Assembly (NCBI GenBank): GCA_965261595.1
Contig: CBDHDG010000005.1
Span: 1,024,001-1,088,000 of the forward strand
Source: a bacterium
Lineage (GTDB): Bacteria > UBA8248 > JACPRG01 > G963555815
DNA: 64,000 nt
Reading direction: 5' to 3'
Of this stretch, positions 31,499 through 42,549 are shown piece by piece. The translations under genes were made by a program, and so were the position numbers. The notes below the pieces were generated by a model. The model saw nothing but the letters and a program-made list of their open reading frames with translations. It did not search any database and was not told the origin of the DNA. Numbering within the stretch: the stretch's first letter is position 1; every line of letters starts with the position of its first letter.

Positions 31499-34400
31499 AT
31501 GCCCCACGCCCTGACGGCGGCGGAGGGCGAGCGTGCGAGTGCTCATCCATACGTCCCCCGGTCCATCCCGTCCATACCCACGGCCGCGCTCTTCACCGCC
31601 GCCCAGGCCCTGTGGCCTGTACTGACAGCCGGCCGGCCTCTCGACGCGGCCACCCTCCGCCAAGCCATGACCCAGGCCTTCGGAGCCACCGACGCCGAGG
31701 GGGCCTGGGTCTGGAAGGACGCCTACGAGGCCGCCGAAGCGGCCGTCGTGCTCTTCCTGAAGCGCTACGGCCGGGCCATGCGCCGCCGGGCCGGAGCCGG
31801 CGGCCCGCCCGCCATGCTGGCCCTGCTGCAAAAGATCGCGGCCCTGGAGCCCTCCCACACGAAGCGATCCGAGTCCCAGGTCCGCCTCCAGCAGTTCTCC
31901 ACGCCCCTGGGCCTCGCCTATGCGGCCTTGCAGGCGGCCGCCATCCGGCCGGGCGACATCGTGCTCGAACCCAGCGCCGGGACCGGGATCCTCGCCGTCA
32001 TGGCCGAGTGCGCCCTCGGGGCCGGCGGCGAAGGCGCGCTCCATCTGAACGAGATCGCCGGGGCCCGGGCCGGCCTCCTGGCCCGGCTCTTCCCCAAAGC
32101 CGCGGTGACCGGGTTCAACGCCGAGGCCATCGCCGACCGTCTCCCGGCCGTCCGGCCGACCGTGGTGCTCATGAATCCGCCGTTCTCCGCGAGTCCGGGG
32201 GTGCATCGCATCCGCCATGACGCTGACCTGCGCCACCTGCGCTCGGCCTTCGCCATGCTGGGGCTTGGGGGCCGGCTCGTGGCCGTCACCTCGGCGGGCT
32301 GCATGCCCGGGGACAGGGTCTGGAAGGACGCCTTCGAGCGCCTCGATCCCCCGGCCCGCGTCGTCTTCTCCATGGCCATTGACGGCCGGGCCTATGCCAG
32401 GCGCGGGACCACCTTCGACACCCGCCTGACCGTGCTCGACCGGAGCGGGGACCGCGAGCATGCCGCGATCGATCCTGCGGCCCGGGCGGACAGCTCCGCC
32501 GAGCTCCTCGCCGCGGTCATGACGCGGGTTCCGGCGCGCCTCGCCACTGGCGCTATCGAGATCCCGGATACAGCCGCTCCGATCCGGGACCTTTTCGGCG
32601 ACACGGCCCCGTTCAAGTCAAAAGAGCGCAAGGCCACGGCCGCGGCCGCCCACCGGCCGGCCGAAGACAAGGACCGCCGTCACGACTGGGGGCCTGTGTC
32701 CGAGCTCGCGTATGCGACGGCCCCGGTCTCCGGCGATGCCCCCGCCGGCTCCGAGACCGCTACCGGCCCCTATGCGCCCTGGAAGCCGGGCATTGTCCAT
32801 GTTCCGGGCGCCGTCGTCCATCCCACGCCCCTGGTCCAGTCCGCGGCCATGGCCGCCGTCCCGCATCCCGGCCCGTCCTACCGTCCGGTGCTGCCGGAGC
32901 GCGTGGTCACCGGCGGGCTCCTGTCCGACGCCCAGATCGAGAGCGTCGTCCTGGCCGGCGAGGCCCACAACCGCCACCTCTCCGCCCGCTACCGCATCGG
33001 CTCGGGCTGGGAGACGGTCCACCGCTGCAACGACGATGATGCCGGGGTCCGTACCACCGGCGAGACCGAGGACGGCGAGGCGCTCTCCGAGACGGTGCGC
33101 TTCCGTCGCGGCTGGATGCTGGGCGACGGCACGGGATGCGGCAAGGGCAGGCAGGTCGCCGGGATCCTCCTCGACAACCGGCTCCGCGGAAGGAAGCGGG
33201 CCCTGTGGCTCTCGCAGTCCGACAAGCTCGTGGAGGACGCCCGCCGGGACTGGGCCGCCCTCGGGGGGAACGAGGACGACGTGATCCCCTTGGGCAAGTT
33301 CCGCCAGGGAGCGGAGATCCCGCTCCCGGAGGGCGTCCTGTTCGCGACCTACGCCACGCTGCGCTCGCCGGCCCGCCAGGGCAAGGCCTCGAGGCTCGAG
33401 CAGATCGTCTCCTGGCTCGCGGGGGGAACGGAAGAAGACCAGCGTCACGCCTTCGACGGCGTGATCGTGTTCGACGAGGCCCACGCCATGGCCAACGCGG
33501 CCGGCTCCAAGGGAGCGCGCGGGGAGGTCAAGCCCTCGGCCCAGGGACGGGCCGGACTCAGGCTTCAGAACGCGCTGCCCGACGCCCGCGTTCTCTACGT
33601 CTCGGCCACGGGCGCCAGCACCGTGCCCGGCCTCTCCTACGCCGGACGCCTCGGCCTCTGGGGAGCGGGGGAGACGCCCTTCGAGACCCGGGGGGATTTC
33701 GTGTCGGCCATGGAGGCTGGAGGCGTCGCCGCCATGGAGGTGGTCGCCAGGGACTTGAAAGCCCTCGGGCTCTACCAGGCCAGGGCCCTGGCCTATGACG
33801 GGGTGGAGATCGACATCCTGCAGCACCCGCTGGCGCCTGAGCAGCGGCGCATCTACGACGCCTATGCAGGCGCCTTCAAGGTGATCCACGCCAACCTCCA
33901 GGACGCGCTCGAGGCCACCGGCGTCATGCAGGGAGACTCGACGCTGAACAGGAACGCCAAGTCCGCGGCCCTGAGCGCCTTCGAGGGGGCGAAACAACGC
34001 TTTTTCGGCCACCTGCTGACCGGCATGAAGTGCCCGTCCCTGATCCGCGCCGTCGAGGCCGATCTCGATGCCGGCCGGTCGGCCGTGATCCAGCTTGTCT
34101 CCACGGGCGAGGCCCTGATGGAGCGCCGCATCGCCGAGATCCCCGCGTCCGAATGGGATGACCTCTCCATCGACCTCACGCCCAGGGAATACGTTCTCGA
34201 TTTCCTGGCCCACGCCTTCCCGGTGCAGCTCCAGGAGCCCTTCACCGACGAGGAAGGCAACCTCATGAGCCGGCCCGTGTTCGACACCGACGGCAACCCC
34301 GTGCTCTGCCAGGAGGCCCTGGCCAAACGCGAGGCCCTGATCGGGAAACTGGCCTCCCTTCCGCCCGTGCAGTCGGCCCTGGACCGGATCCTCCACCACT

Positions 34401-35989
34401 TCGGCCACGAGGCCGTGGCCGAGGTCACGGGCCGGTCCCGCCGGGTGCTCAGGATCGCGGACGGCCGGGGCGAGCGCCTGGCGCTGCGCAGCCGGCCCGC
34501 CTCCGCAAGCCTGACCGAGACCGCCGCCTTCATGGACGGGGAGAAGAAGATACTGGTTTTCTCCATGGCCGGCGGCACGGGGCGCAGCTACCACGCGGAT
34601 CTTGCATGCGGCAACACCGCGCGCCGGGTCCACTACCTGCTCGAGCCGGGCTGGCGGGCCGATCAGGCCATACAGGGGCTGGGCCGCACCCACAGGACCC
34701 ACCAGGCGTCGGCCCCCGTGTTCCGGCCCGTGACCACGGACGTGAAGGGCGAGAGGCGGTTCATCGCCACCATCGCGAGAAGGCTCGACTCCCTCGGGGC
34801 CATCACCCGGGGCCAGCGGGACTCCCAGACCGCCATGGCCGGCGATGACGCGGCGCTGTTCCGCGAGAGCGACAACCTGGAGAGCCCCTACGCCAAGGCG
34901 GCGTTGAGAAGGTTCTACATTGCGCTGTGGCGCGGCCGCATCCCGGGCTGGTCCCTCGGCCGCTTCGAGGAGGCCACCGGCCTCGCCCTCACCTGGGAGG
35001 GAGCGCTCAAGGACGACCTGCCGCCCATGCCCAGGTTCCTGAACCGCCTGCTGGCGCTGCCCATCGACGAGCAGAACGCGCTCTTCGCCGAACTGGAGTC
35101 CCTCATCGCGGAGAACGTCGAGCAGGCGATCGAGGCCGGCGCCCATGACATCGGCGTGGAGACCCTGCAGGCCGACTCGCTCGCGGTGGCCGGCCGCGAG
35201 ACCCTCTACACCCACCCCGGGACCGGGGCCGCGACCGATCTCGTCGAGATCCTCCTCCGCGACCGGCTGGAGCCGACCCCGGCGGACGCGGCGCTCGAGA
35301 TCGGGACCCAGGGCGGGGACAGCCGGCCTGAACTCGTCGTCAACAGCCGCTCGGGACGGGGGGCCGTTGTCCTGCCCGCGCCGTCCAGGATGCTCGACGA
35401 CGGCGGGGTGCAGGAGCGGGTGCGCCTCCTGCGGCCCACGGCCCGGGAAGCCATGGCCAGGGCCGAGCTCGAGGCCTCGAACTGGCGCAGGGCCTCGGAG
35501 GGGGAGTGGCGTTCCCGCTGGGAGGAGGAGATCGCCGGCCTGCCGACGCATACCGAGTCCCGCTTCTGGCTCGTCACCGGGCTGCTCCTGCCGATCTGGG
35601 ACCGGCTCGGAATGGAGAACATGCGCGTGCGCCGGCTGTTGACCGACGCCGGCGAGGCGATGATCGGCCGCGCGCTCGACGCCGAACAGGTACGGGCCGC
35701 GCGCACCTCTTTCGGCCTTGCCGGCGGTCCCGGCATGACCCCCCTTGAGACCTTCGAGGCGGTCATGGGGCGAGGCGCGTCCTTCGGCCTCGCGAACGGC
35801 TGGCGCCTCGCGCGCCGGCGCATCATGGGGGCCGACCGCGTCGAGATCGAGGGTCCCGTTGACGGCGACATCGCCGCGCTCAAGCGCATGGGGTGCATCG
35901 TCGAGATCGTCTCCTGGCGCTCACGCCTCTTCGTCCCCGACGCTGGCGTGCTCGAACGCGTCATCGAGCGCTGGCCCCTCGCGGCCTGA
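31499..35989 (+). CDS. Methyltransferase / strawberry-notch-like SF2 helicase fusion
   Basis: QQFSTP, LEPSAGTG, MNPPF (MTase); LSDAQIE, GDGTGCGKGRQ, FDEAH, YVSATG, GGTGRSYHA, QGLGRTHR. Confidence 0.92.
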   Translation: MPHALTAAEGERASAHPYVPRSIPSIPTAALFTAAQALWPVLTAGRPLDAATLRQAMTQAFGATDAEGAWVWKDAYEAAEAAVVLFLKRYGRAMRRRAGAGGPPAMLALLQKIAALEPSHTKRSESQVRLQQFSTPLGLAYAALQAAAIRPGDIVLEPSAGTGILAVMAECALGAGGEGALHLNEIAGARAGLLARLFPKAAVTGFNAEAIADRLPAVRPTVVLMNPPFSASPGVHRIRHDADLRHLRSAFAMLGLGGRLVAVTSAGCMPGDRVWKDAFERLDPPARVVFSMAIDGRAYARRGTTFDTRLTVLDRSGDREHAAIDPAARADSSAELLAAVMTRVPARLATGAIEIPDTAAPIRDLFGDTAPFKSKERKATAAAAHRPAEDKDRRHDWGPVSELAYATAPVSGDAPAGSETATGPYAPWKPGIVHVPGAVVHPTPLVQSAAMAAVPHPGPSYRPVLPERVVTGGLLSDAQIESVVLAGEAHNRHLSARYRIGSGWETVHRCNDDDAGVRTTGETEDGEALSETVRFRRGWMLGDGTGCGKGRQVAGILLDNRLRGRKRALWLSQSDKLVEDARRDWAALGGNEDDVIPLGKFRQGAEIPLPEGVLFATYATLRSPARQGKASRLEQIVSWLAGGTEEDQRHAFDGVIVFDEAHAMANAAGSKGARGEVKPSAQGRAGLRLQNALPDARVLYVSATGASTVPGLSYAGRLGLWGAGETPFETRGDFVSAMEAGGVAAMEVVARDLKALGLYQARALAYDGVEIDILQHPLAPEQRRIYDAYAGAFKVIHANLQDALEATGVMQGDSTLNRNAKSAALSAFEGAKQRFFGHLLTGMKCPSLIRAVEADLDAGRSAVIQLVSTGEALMERRIAEIPASEWDDLSIDLTPREYVLDFLAHAFPVQLQEPFTDEEGNLMSRPVFDTDGNPVLCQEALAKREALIGKLASLPPVQSALDRILHHFGHEAVAEVTGRSRRVLRIADGRGERLALRSRPASASLTETAAFMDGEKKILVFSMAGGTGRSYHADLACGNTARRVHYLLEPGWRADQAIQGLGRTHRTHQASAPVFRPVTTDVKGERRFIATIARRLDSLGAITRGQRDSQTAMAGDDAALFRESDNLESPYAKAALRRFYIALWRGRIPGWSLGRFEEATGLALTWEGALKDDLPPMPRFLNRLLALPIDEQNALFAELESLIAENVEQAIEAGAHDIGVETLQADSLAVAGRETLYTHPGTGAATDLVEILLRDRLEPTPADAALEIGTQGGDSRPELVVNSRSGRGAVVLPAPSRMLDDGGVQERVRLLRPTAREAMARAELEASNWRRASEGEWRSRWEEEIAGLPTHTESRFWLVTGLLLPIWDRLGMENMRVRRLLTDAGEAMIGRALDAEQVRAARTSFGLAGGPGMTPLETFEAVMGRGASFGLANGWRLARRRIMGADRVEIEGPVDGDIAALKRMGCIVEIVSWRSRLFVPDAGVLERVIERWPLAA

Positions 35990-36169
35990 GCCTGTCCGTA
36001 CAGCCGGCCCGCCGTCCGCCCGCGGGGGGGGCCGTTCCACCGCCTTCATCCGTATCGCCGTCCGCCCGGATACGTATCGGCCCGGAGCCGTCTGGAACCC
36101 GTATGGCCGGGGGGGGGCCATCACCCACGCCCCCCGGCGCACCGCCGACACCTCACGGGAGACCCGAAC

Positions 36170-36439
36170 ATGACCGCGCACACCCTGCCGGACAACCCCG
36201 ACTACGCCTTCTGTCCCGCCTACGGCCTCGCCGACGAGCCGCAGCAGATCCGAATCGTCATCGACGGCATGGCGGGCTACGTTCCCACCGCCCTGGTCGC
36301 GCTCACCCTCGAGGACGCGGAGCGCATCTGCGACCGATTGAACGCTCGCCTCGGACTCTCGCGAAAGGACTGGACCGAACTCGCCGCACGGTCCATGCGC
36401 GCCGAGAACGGTGCACCGGACAACGAGACCGTGCACTGA
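36170..36439 (+). CDS. Small hypothetical protein (89 aa)
   Basis: GGGAG RBS; GC3-biased codons. Confidence 0.6.
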   Translation: MTAHTLPDNPDYAFCPAYGLADEPQQIRIVIDGMAGYVPTALVALTLEDAERICDRLNARLGLSRKDWTELAARSMRAENGAPDNETVH

Positions 36440-36489
36440 GCCGACCGCCATGCGGCGCCCCGAGCGGGTAAAGCAGGGCGCCCGGCCAC

Positions 36490-36665
36490 GCTCAGGGGCT
36501 CTCGCTTCGAGGTATGATGCACGTTTGTCCGGTAGCCGTGGCACCAGACCTTTGCGGTCTGCGGATCGGGGCTGGCCGGACGGTGCTCGAAGAAGATGAC
36601 GTTTGCCTCGACGCCTGGGGCATGGAAGATGCCCGTTGGCGGCTGCGGGATCGTGTGCATGCCGG
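36490..36665 (-). pseudogene. Fragment of a type I R-M methyltransferase (HsdM) C-terminal region
   Basis: MHTIPQPPTGIFHAPGVEANVIFFEHRPAS...VWCHGYRTNVHHT..REPL matches the HsdM pattern LHTILRLPTGIFYA.GVKANV.FF...VW.YD.RTN. Confidence 0.7.
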
Positions 36666-37049
36666 TGGTTGTTCATGGACGCTCCGCCGATCCGGTGAAC
36701 GCACACCGATGCGAGTCCTTCCCGGCGCATCGTGACGCCGAGGGAAGGGAGCGTCCATTCCATCGCCACGGCGCTTCCGAAAATTGCTGCGAATGGTGCA
36801 TAAGCGTCCTTCGGGTTCCGGCCAGCGTCGACCGCGGCGGGCTCCCGGCGTTCGCACGGCCGTTCGGAACGGGCCCGAACCGCGGCGGTTGCGGACGGGC
36901 CGGCATCGAGACCGCCGGCCGGGCTTCGCTTGCCGGACCCGGGGTGACGCCGTGTCCGGGGGTCTGCGGAATTCCGCCGGGCGCCTTCGCGCATCCGGGG
37001 AGTTCGATCGGGGGCGCCGCAACGCATGGATCTCGAGGAAGGTTGGGCA

Positions 37050-38846
37050 ATGATGAAGACGAGACACCTGATGATCATGTTGGTCGTCGCGATGACATCG
37101 ACAGCCGCTCACTCGGAACCGCCCGAAGCCGCGACGGCGGCGCGGACCGCCGCACCGGTGACGGTGTACGTGAACGCCCGGGTCCATACCGGGGACGAGG
37201 ATCTGCCCCGGGCCCGGGCGTTCGTCACGAGGGGCGACCGGTTCGCCTTTGTCGGCTCTGTCGGGGACGCCCTGCGCTACGCCGCCGGGGAGGGCGGTGT
37301 CGTGGACTTGCAGGGACGGTTCGTGATGCCGGGCATCATCGACGCGCACACCCACCCCGGCCTGGTCGCCCTCTCGGGCGACCTGTCGGTGCTGGAGGCG
37401 GCCCCCGGAGAGAACGAACGGCCCGTCGGGACCGACAGGATGCCGTCCAGGCCGAAGGAGGCGACGCTGGCCTGGCTGCGGCGGTACGCCGACGATCACC
37501 CGTCGGCCCTCACCATCGTGCAGGGGACATGGGATGTGGCCGCGTACCTGCCGCACGGGCCGCACAAGCGGGACCTGGACCGGATTTCGCGCACGAAACC
37601 TATCATGCTGCACGACAAATCCGGGCACAGCTACTGGGTCAATTCGGCGCTGCTCCGGGCGTTGGGCATCGACAGGAACACGCCGGATGTGAGCGCGAAC
37701 CTGTCGCATTTCGTGCGTGACGCGAACGGAGAGCCCACCGGCTGGGTCAAGGAGTTCGCACTGATACCGTACGCGGGCGCAATCGTGCCGGACGCCGGTG
37801 CGCTGAAGTCGCGGCTGCTCAAGTACCTGAACTACAAGTCGAGCATGGGCATCACCACATTGTGGGATGCCGGCAACTTCAACATGGACGACGCGGTATA
37901 CCGGGCGGCGCACGAAATCGCGAAGGACGGCGACCTGCCGCTGCGCTGGGAAGGCTCGTACCACATATGGGCGCCGGAGCAGATCGACACCGCGGCGCAC
38001 TCCCTGCTCCGGCTGAGGGAAGAGTACGGCCACGGCAAGCTCCGGTTCAACACCGTCAAGATCCATTACGACGGGATGCAGGACATTCTTACCGCCGCCA
38101 TGCTGGAACCCTATGCCACGGACCCCGGCAACCACGGCGCCGTGCTGTTCCCGACGCGGCGGCTGAGCGGCCTGATGCGGGAGCTGGACGGCCACGGCAT
38201 CGATCTACACCTGCATGCGGCGGGCGACCGGGCGGTGAGGAACATTCTCGATGCGGTCGAGCAGGCCCGGGCCGCGCTGGGGCGTCCCTTGAGGATCGAG
38301 ATCACGGCGAGCCATCTGTTCTCGGTCGCCGTGACCGATATCGAACGCTTTCGCGCGCTGGACGTGCACGCCAACTTCACGCCGCACTGGTTCGGTGGGA
38401 CGGTCTTCGGGGACGCCAGGGAAATGAACGTCGGAGCGGAGCGGGCCGGACGCTCCCAGGTGGTCGGGCGTTTCTTCGAGCGCCGGGCCAATGTGACGCT
38501 GTCGAGCGACGTCATCCACGACGCGCGCCGGGTGAGTCCCTTCATCGGCATCGAGACGAGCATGACCCGGCGGGCGATGGGCGATGCCGCCGCCGCCCCC
38601 ATGCCGCCGGCCGATGCCGCAATCTCCCTGGAGCAGGCGCTGGCCGGCTATACCGTCAACGGCGCCGCGCAGCTCGGACTGGAAGAGGAGCTCGGCGCGA
38701 TACGGGCGGGCTTTCTCGCAGACTTCATCGTCCTGCCGCGGGACCCGTTCGAGACCGATGTGCGGAGCATCCACGGGATCGTCCCCGCGGCGACGATCGT
38801 GGCGGGGGAGCTGCGAAGCGGCGCCCTGGCGCGGGCGGTGCACTAG
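37050..38846 (+). CDS. Amidohydrolase family 3 (YtcJ-like) protein with signal peptide
   Basis: VDLQGRFVMPGIIDAHTH, GHSYWVNS.L, GEPTG, GITT, VKIHYDG, HAAGDRA, SSD, YTVNGA, G.I..G.LADF. Confidence 0.9.
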   Translation: MMKTRHLMIMLVVAMTSTAAHSEPPEAATAARTAAPVTVYVNARVHTGDEDLPRARAFVTRGDRFAFVGSVGDALRYAAGEGGVVDLQGRFVMPGIIDAHTHPGLVALSGDLSVLEAAPGENERPVGTDRMPSRPKEATLAWLRRYADDHPSALTIVQGTWDVAAYLPHGPHKRDLDRISRTKPIMLHDKSGHSYWVNSALLRALGIDRNTPDVSANLSHFVRDANGEPTGWVKEFALIPYAGAIVPDAGALKSRLLKYLNYKSSMGITTLWDAGNFNMDDAVYRAAHEIAKDGDLPLRWEGSYHIWAPEQIDTAAHSLLRLREEYGHGKLRFNTVKIHYDGMQDILTAAMLEPYATDPGNHGAVLFPTRRLSGLMRELDGHGIDLHLHAAGDRAVRNILDAVEQARAALGRPLRIEITASHLFSVAVTDIERFRALDVHANFTPHWFGGTVFGDAREMNVGAERAGRSQVVGRFFERRANVTLSSDVIHDARRVSPFIGIETSMTRRAMGDAAAAPMPPADAAISLEQALAGYTVNGAAQLGLEEELGAIRAGFLADFIVLPRDPFETDVRSIHGIVPAATIVAGELRSGALARAVH

Positions 38847-39178
38847 GAGACCGGGCGTTCCCCGGGCGCTTACGTTTCGAGCGGCCGATCGCAGCGGCAG
38901 GATAAGCGCAGACACCGGATGGAGATCTGACACGATCTCATCTCGGCCCCGGACGGACAGGTGCCCGACGGAAGAGGTGGCAGCGCAAATTCGAAGTTGA
39001 ATTAGGCACCGACATACCGGAGCCTAACAAACATTGGATGCAGAAGAAGATGTTGGAATCAAGAAAGCCAGACAAATACTGGGTGGAGGGTTTGTTGGTG
39101 TATTTTGACCGACCCTTTCCTCACCAAGATTCGGATCCTCGCAGAGCCGGGTTTGAAGTTGGTCAACGGATTGAAGAT

Positions 39179-40504
39179 TGAGGTGGTCCCACTTTCTGGA
39201 CAGTTAGGCGGCCGAGTTAAGGTGTATTCCGTATGATGGGTCATGCCGCCAGCGTCCTGTTTGACACGTTTTCCTGTTCCGGTTGAGCCGGCAGAGGGGG
39301 CTTGGCCTGCATCTCCAGCAGCATCCCTCTTTCGTAGGCCTCGGCCGGGGTGGAGTCCGCCAGGGCGGAGTGAGGCCTTTGGGTATCATAAAAGGCCATC
39401 CATCGGGAGATGACCCGTTGGGCTTGGAAGCCGTCGGTGAGCTCGTGCAGGTAGACGGCCTCGTATTTGAGCGAACGCCAGAGGCGCTCGATGAAGATGT
39501 TGTCCATGTATCGGCCCCTGCCGTCCATGGAGATGGCGACGCCGGCGTCTTGGAGGGTCGCGGTGAACGCGAGGCTGGTGAACTGGCTGCCTTGGTCGGT
39601 GTTGAAGAGCTGAGGCCGGCCGTAGCGCTCCAGGGCTTCAGTCAGGGCTTCGACGCAGAAGCGGGCATCGAGGGTGTTGGACAGCCGCCAGGCGAGCACC
39701 CGGCGGGTGGCCCAGTCCATGACGGCTACCAGGTACAAGAAGCCGCGCTGGACGGGGATGTAGGTGATATCAGCCGTCCAGACCTGATTAGGCCGCTCGA
39801 TGGCGAGTCCCTTGAGAAGATAGGGATAAACCCGGTGTTCCGGATGCGCTCTGGTGGTTCTCGGCACCTGATAGATGGCCTGTAGCCCCATCACCCGCAT
39901 CAGACGCCGAACCCGGTGACGACCGACACGGACTCCATCCCGCCACAGATGACGCACCATCTGGCGGCTGCCGTAGAACGGGTATTTCAAGAACAACTCA
40001 TCGATCCGCCGCATCAACGCCAGGTTCTGCGCACTCTCGCCCTGAGGCGTGTGATATAGCGAGGATCGGCTGATGGAGAGCAAGCGGCATTGACGGCTCA
40101 AGCTGAGCTTGGCTTGGGATGGTCGCGCCGGATCATGGCCCTGCGTCCCTCCCGGCTCACCACTTGAGCCCTTTGGGCAAAAAATCCCGCTCCACCGTCA
40201 ACTCCCCGATCTTCGCGTGCAGGTCCCGGATCTCCGCCTCGTGGTCCCCTCGACTCCGCTCTGCTCCCTTGGAGAATACCTCCTTCATCCCCTCCACCGC
40301 CCGCTGCTTCCAGACGCTTACCTGGTTCGGATGAACCTTGTGCCGCGTCGCGATCTCATGGACGTCTTGTCCCCGCGCAGTGCTTCCAGCGCTACCTTCG
40401 CCTTGAACTCCCCCGTGAACCGCCGTCGTGTGGTCATTGCGTATCCCTCCCTCAGTCGGTGGAATACACCTTAGCAACCTGTCCGATTTCCTGGGACCAC
40501 CTCA
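39179..40504 (-). mobile_element. IS3-family element (different from the four-copy element); orfA frameshifted
   Basis: IRs TGAGGTGGTCCCA / TGGGACCACCTCA; orfB 39241..40101 with YGSRQM, WTADITY, NTDQGSQF, DNIFIERLWRSLKYE; no matching TSD seen. Confidence 0.88.
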
Positions 40505-40891
40505 CCAGGTCAAGCTCATCAAAATGGGCGGCCGGATTGTGCGCCATGCCCGGCACATCATCTTCCAGTTGGCCGAGGTAGCCGTATCCAGGGAGGTGTT
40601 CGCTCTCATCCTGGACCGGATCAACCGATGGCGGCCCGTACCTGTCTAACCGCTCTCAGCGCAGTCCACCCGAGGACAAAATGGTGAATGTTCTGTCCCT
40701 TCCAGATGACCTGCTGGGAAGGCTCGCCTACCCGGAGGGGTGGCATGATTTTCAATGGTGGATAACGCTCCGATTAGGGTTTCAGGCACCTGAAATGGGA
40801 TTGACAGGTCCGGGAGAGAGGGGTCTAATTGACTTAAACAGCAACGAGGGGTCGGTACAGGCCTGTCCGGATTTGATATGGGAAATTCCGG
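40505..40891 (+). mobile_element. 3' remnant of an IS1380 relative, truncated by the IS3 element
   Basis: QVKLIKMGGRIVRHARHIIFQLAEV...RPVPV* and right IR GATATGGGAAATTCCGG. Confidence 0.85.
40801..40829 (+). promoter_or_regulatory. Outward-facing sigma70-like promoter in the IS1380 end
   Basis: TTGACA-N17-TCTAAT, about 80 bp upstream of the next gene. Confidence 0.55.
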
Positions 40892-40908
40892 TTGGTATAC
40901 TCGACGCC

Positions 40909-42393
40909 ATGGAAACGGAACGTTTCTTCGCAGAACTGGGCAAGCGACTGGACGAAGTGAGAGAGGCCAACCGCATGGAGTACCAACGGCTCTTCGCCGA
41001 GTTGACCCCCCGATTGGAGACGGCGAGAGCCCTGGAACGGGAGCTCGACAAAAAACTGGCGCGCCGATTCAACGTCCTCGACTACCTGCGGGATGATGAA
41101 TTGGGGCTTTCCCGGATCATCGCCAATCTGCTCAATCGCGATGCAACCCATGGTCAGGGGACGCTGTTTCTCCGGACGTTGCTGGAGAGATTGAAGATCT
41201 TGAAAGAGACTCCACGCTGGCCCGACGACCTCGACAAGAGCCGGATGACCGTTGAAGTCGAGCGGAGGATCACCGCCGACCGGCGTATTGACGTCTCCGT
41301 TGAGATCGTCGGCAACGATGGAGAAACCCACTGTCTGACCATCGAGAACAAGCCTTACGCTGGCGACCAAAAGAATCAGGTCAAGGACTACCTTGAATAC
41401 CTTGAGAGGGAATACGGCGACCGGTTCCTTCTGATCTACCTCTCTCCCACCGGCGATGGCCCGTCAGATTCGAGCATTCCCAAGACAGAACTAAAGATAT
41501 GGGAAGGCCGCTTTGTCATCATGCCGTACCATCGAGGACAAGAGGAGCAGGCGGACGGATTCGAAGCTTTTCGCATTCCGTATTCACTCGCCGGGTGGCT
41601 CGGAGAGTGCCGGAAGAACTGCGAAGTGGACCGACTGCGCTGGTTCCTGCGCGACGCCGAGACATTTTGCCAACGGACATTTGGAGGCCAAGCCATGACC
41701 ACCGATAGCGAAACCAATACTGTCCGGGACTTCTTGTTGTCGGAGCCGTTCAATCCGGAGAAACTGAAAACCGCGAAGGTGGTGCATGATTCCTGGTCCG
41801 CTGTCAGGAATGAAGTGTGTGAAAGGTTTCTGGAACGACTGTGTCGTCGGATCAAGACGGCCGTAATGGATGAGCTGAAGGATTCCACCGGCGACATGGA
41901 GGTTGTCTACGAGTATGACGGTGAGTCCAAGTACTCATGCGCCGTCTGGCTACATCGGGAATGTTGGGCTCAATACAAAACAGCAGAACAATCCAAACTC
42001 GACCGGCGGACCTCAATTGGATTGCAGGCGCATGGGATAGGACCGAATAAATGGAGGATCGGCATATGCTCTCCAATGCCCAAGGGCAACATGGCGGAAG
42101 AAGAGCAGAAACGGCGAGAGTGTCTTGATGAACAGCTTAAGGACAAGCTTGGTCTGACAAAAAATGATACCTGGTGGCCATGCTGTGACTGGGTGGATGA
42201 GAAAAAAGGGGATTGGGATTCACTCATCCCGGATTTGCATCAGGAGTGCAAAGAGGAAGGCGGCGAGATCACAAAGTACTTCGTTGACAGGTTCACTGAA
42301 ATTGCGGTGAAGGCGATACCGATAATCGACGGGATCGAGGGCCCTGATTCCCAGCCTAACGCCGCGAACCGCGGAATTCCTGCCGCACCTTAG
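40909..42393 (+). CDS. PD-(D/E)XK nuclease family (PDDEXK_4-like) protein
   Basis: FNVLDYL...ELGLSRIIANLL...HGQGTLFL, RRIDV, IENKPYAGDQKNQVKDY, IYLSP.G. Confidence 0.82.
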   Translation: METERFFAELGKRLDEVREANRMEYQRLFAELTPRLETARALERELDKKLARRFNVLDYLRDDELGLSRIIANLLNRDATHGQGTLFLRTLLERLKILKETPRWPDDLDKSRMTVEVERRITADRRIDVSVEIVGNDGETHCLTIENKPYAGDQKNQVKDYLEYLEREYGDRFLLIYLSPTGDGPSDSSIPKTELKIWEGRFVIMPYHRGQEEQADGFEAFRIPYSLAGWLGECRKNCEVDRLRWFLRDAETFCQRTFGGQAMTTDSETNTVRDFLLSEPFNPEKLKTAKVVHDSWSAVRNEVCERFLERLCRRIKTAVMDELKDSTGDMEVVYEYDGESKYSCAVWLHRECWAQYKTAEQSKLDRRTSIGLQAHGIGPNKWRIGICSPMPKGNMAEEEQKRRECLDEQLKDKLGLTKNDTWWPCCDWVDEKKGDWDSLIPDLHQECKEEGGEITKYFVDRFTEIAVKAIPIIDGIEGPDSQPNAANRGIPAAP

Positions 42394-42549
42394 CCTGCCA
42401 TTCCCACCTGTCTGCGCACGCCGGGCGTCCCGCCTCGCGAGTTTGTCTGCCTAGCGGGGCGCGGGTCAAATCCTGATCTAGCTGCGCGGGCAGGCAGGCT
42501 CGGCGTCTTCCGCTTCGCCCGGCAACGGCGGCGTGCGGGGACCCGCACC

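Noticed and set aside
25099..35551. Long minus-strand ORFs (859, 718, 775 and 977 aa)
   Set aside because: Antisense shadows of well-supported plus-strand genes with high GC3.
40681..40908. N-terminal extension of the PD-(D/E)XK ORF
   Set aside because: Lies almost entirely inside the IS1380 end; the real start is more likely 40909.
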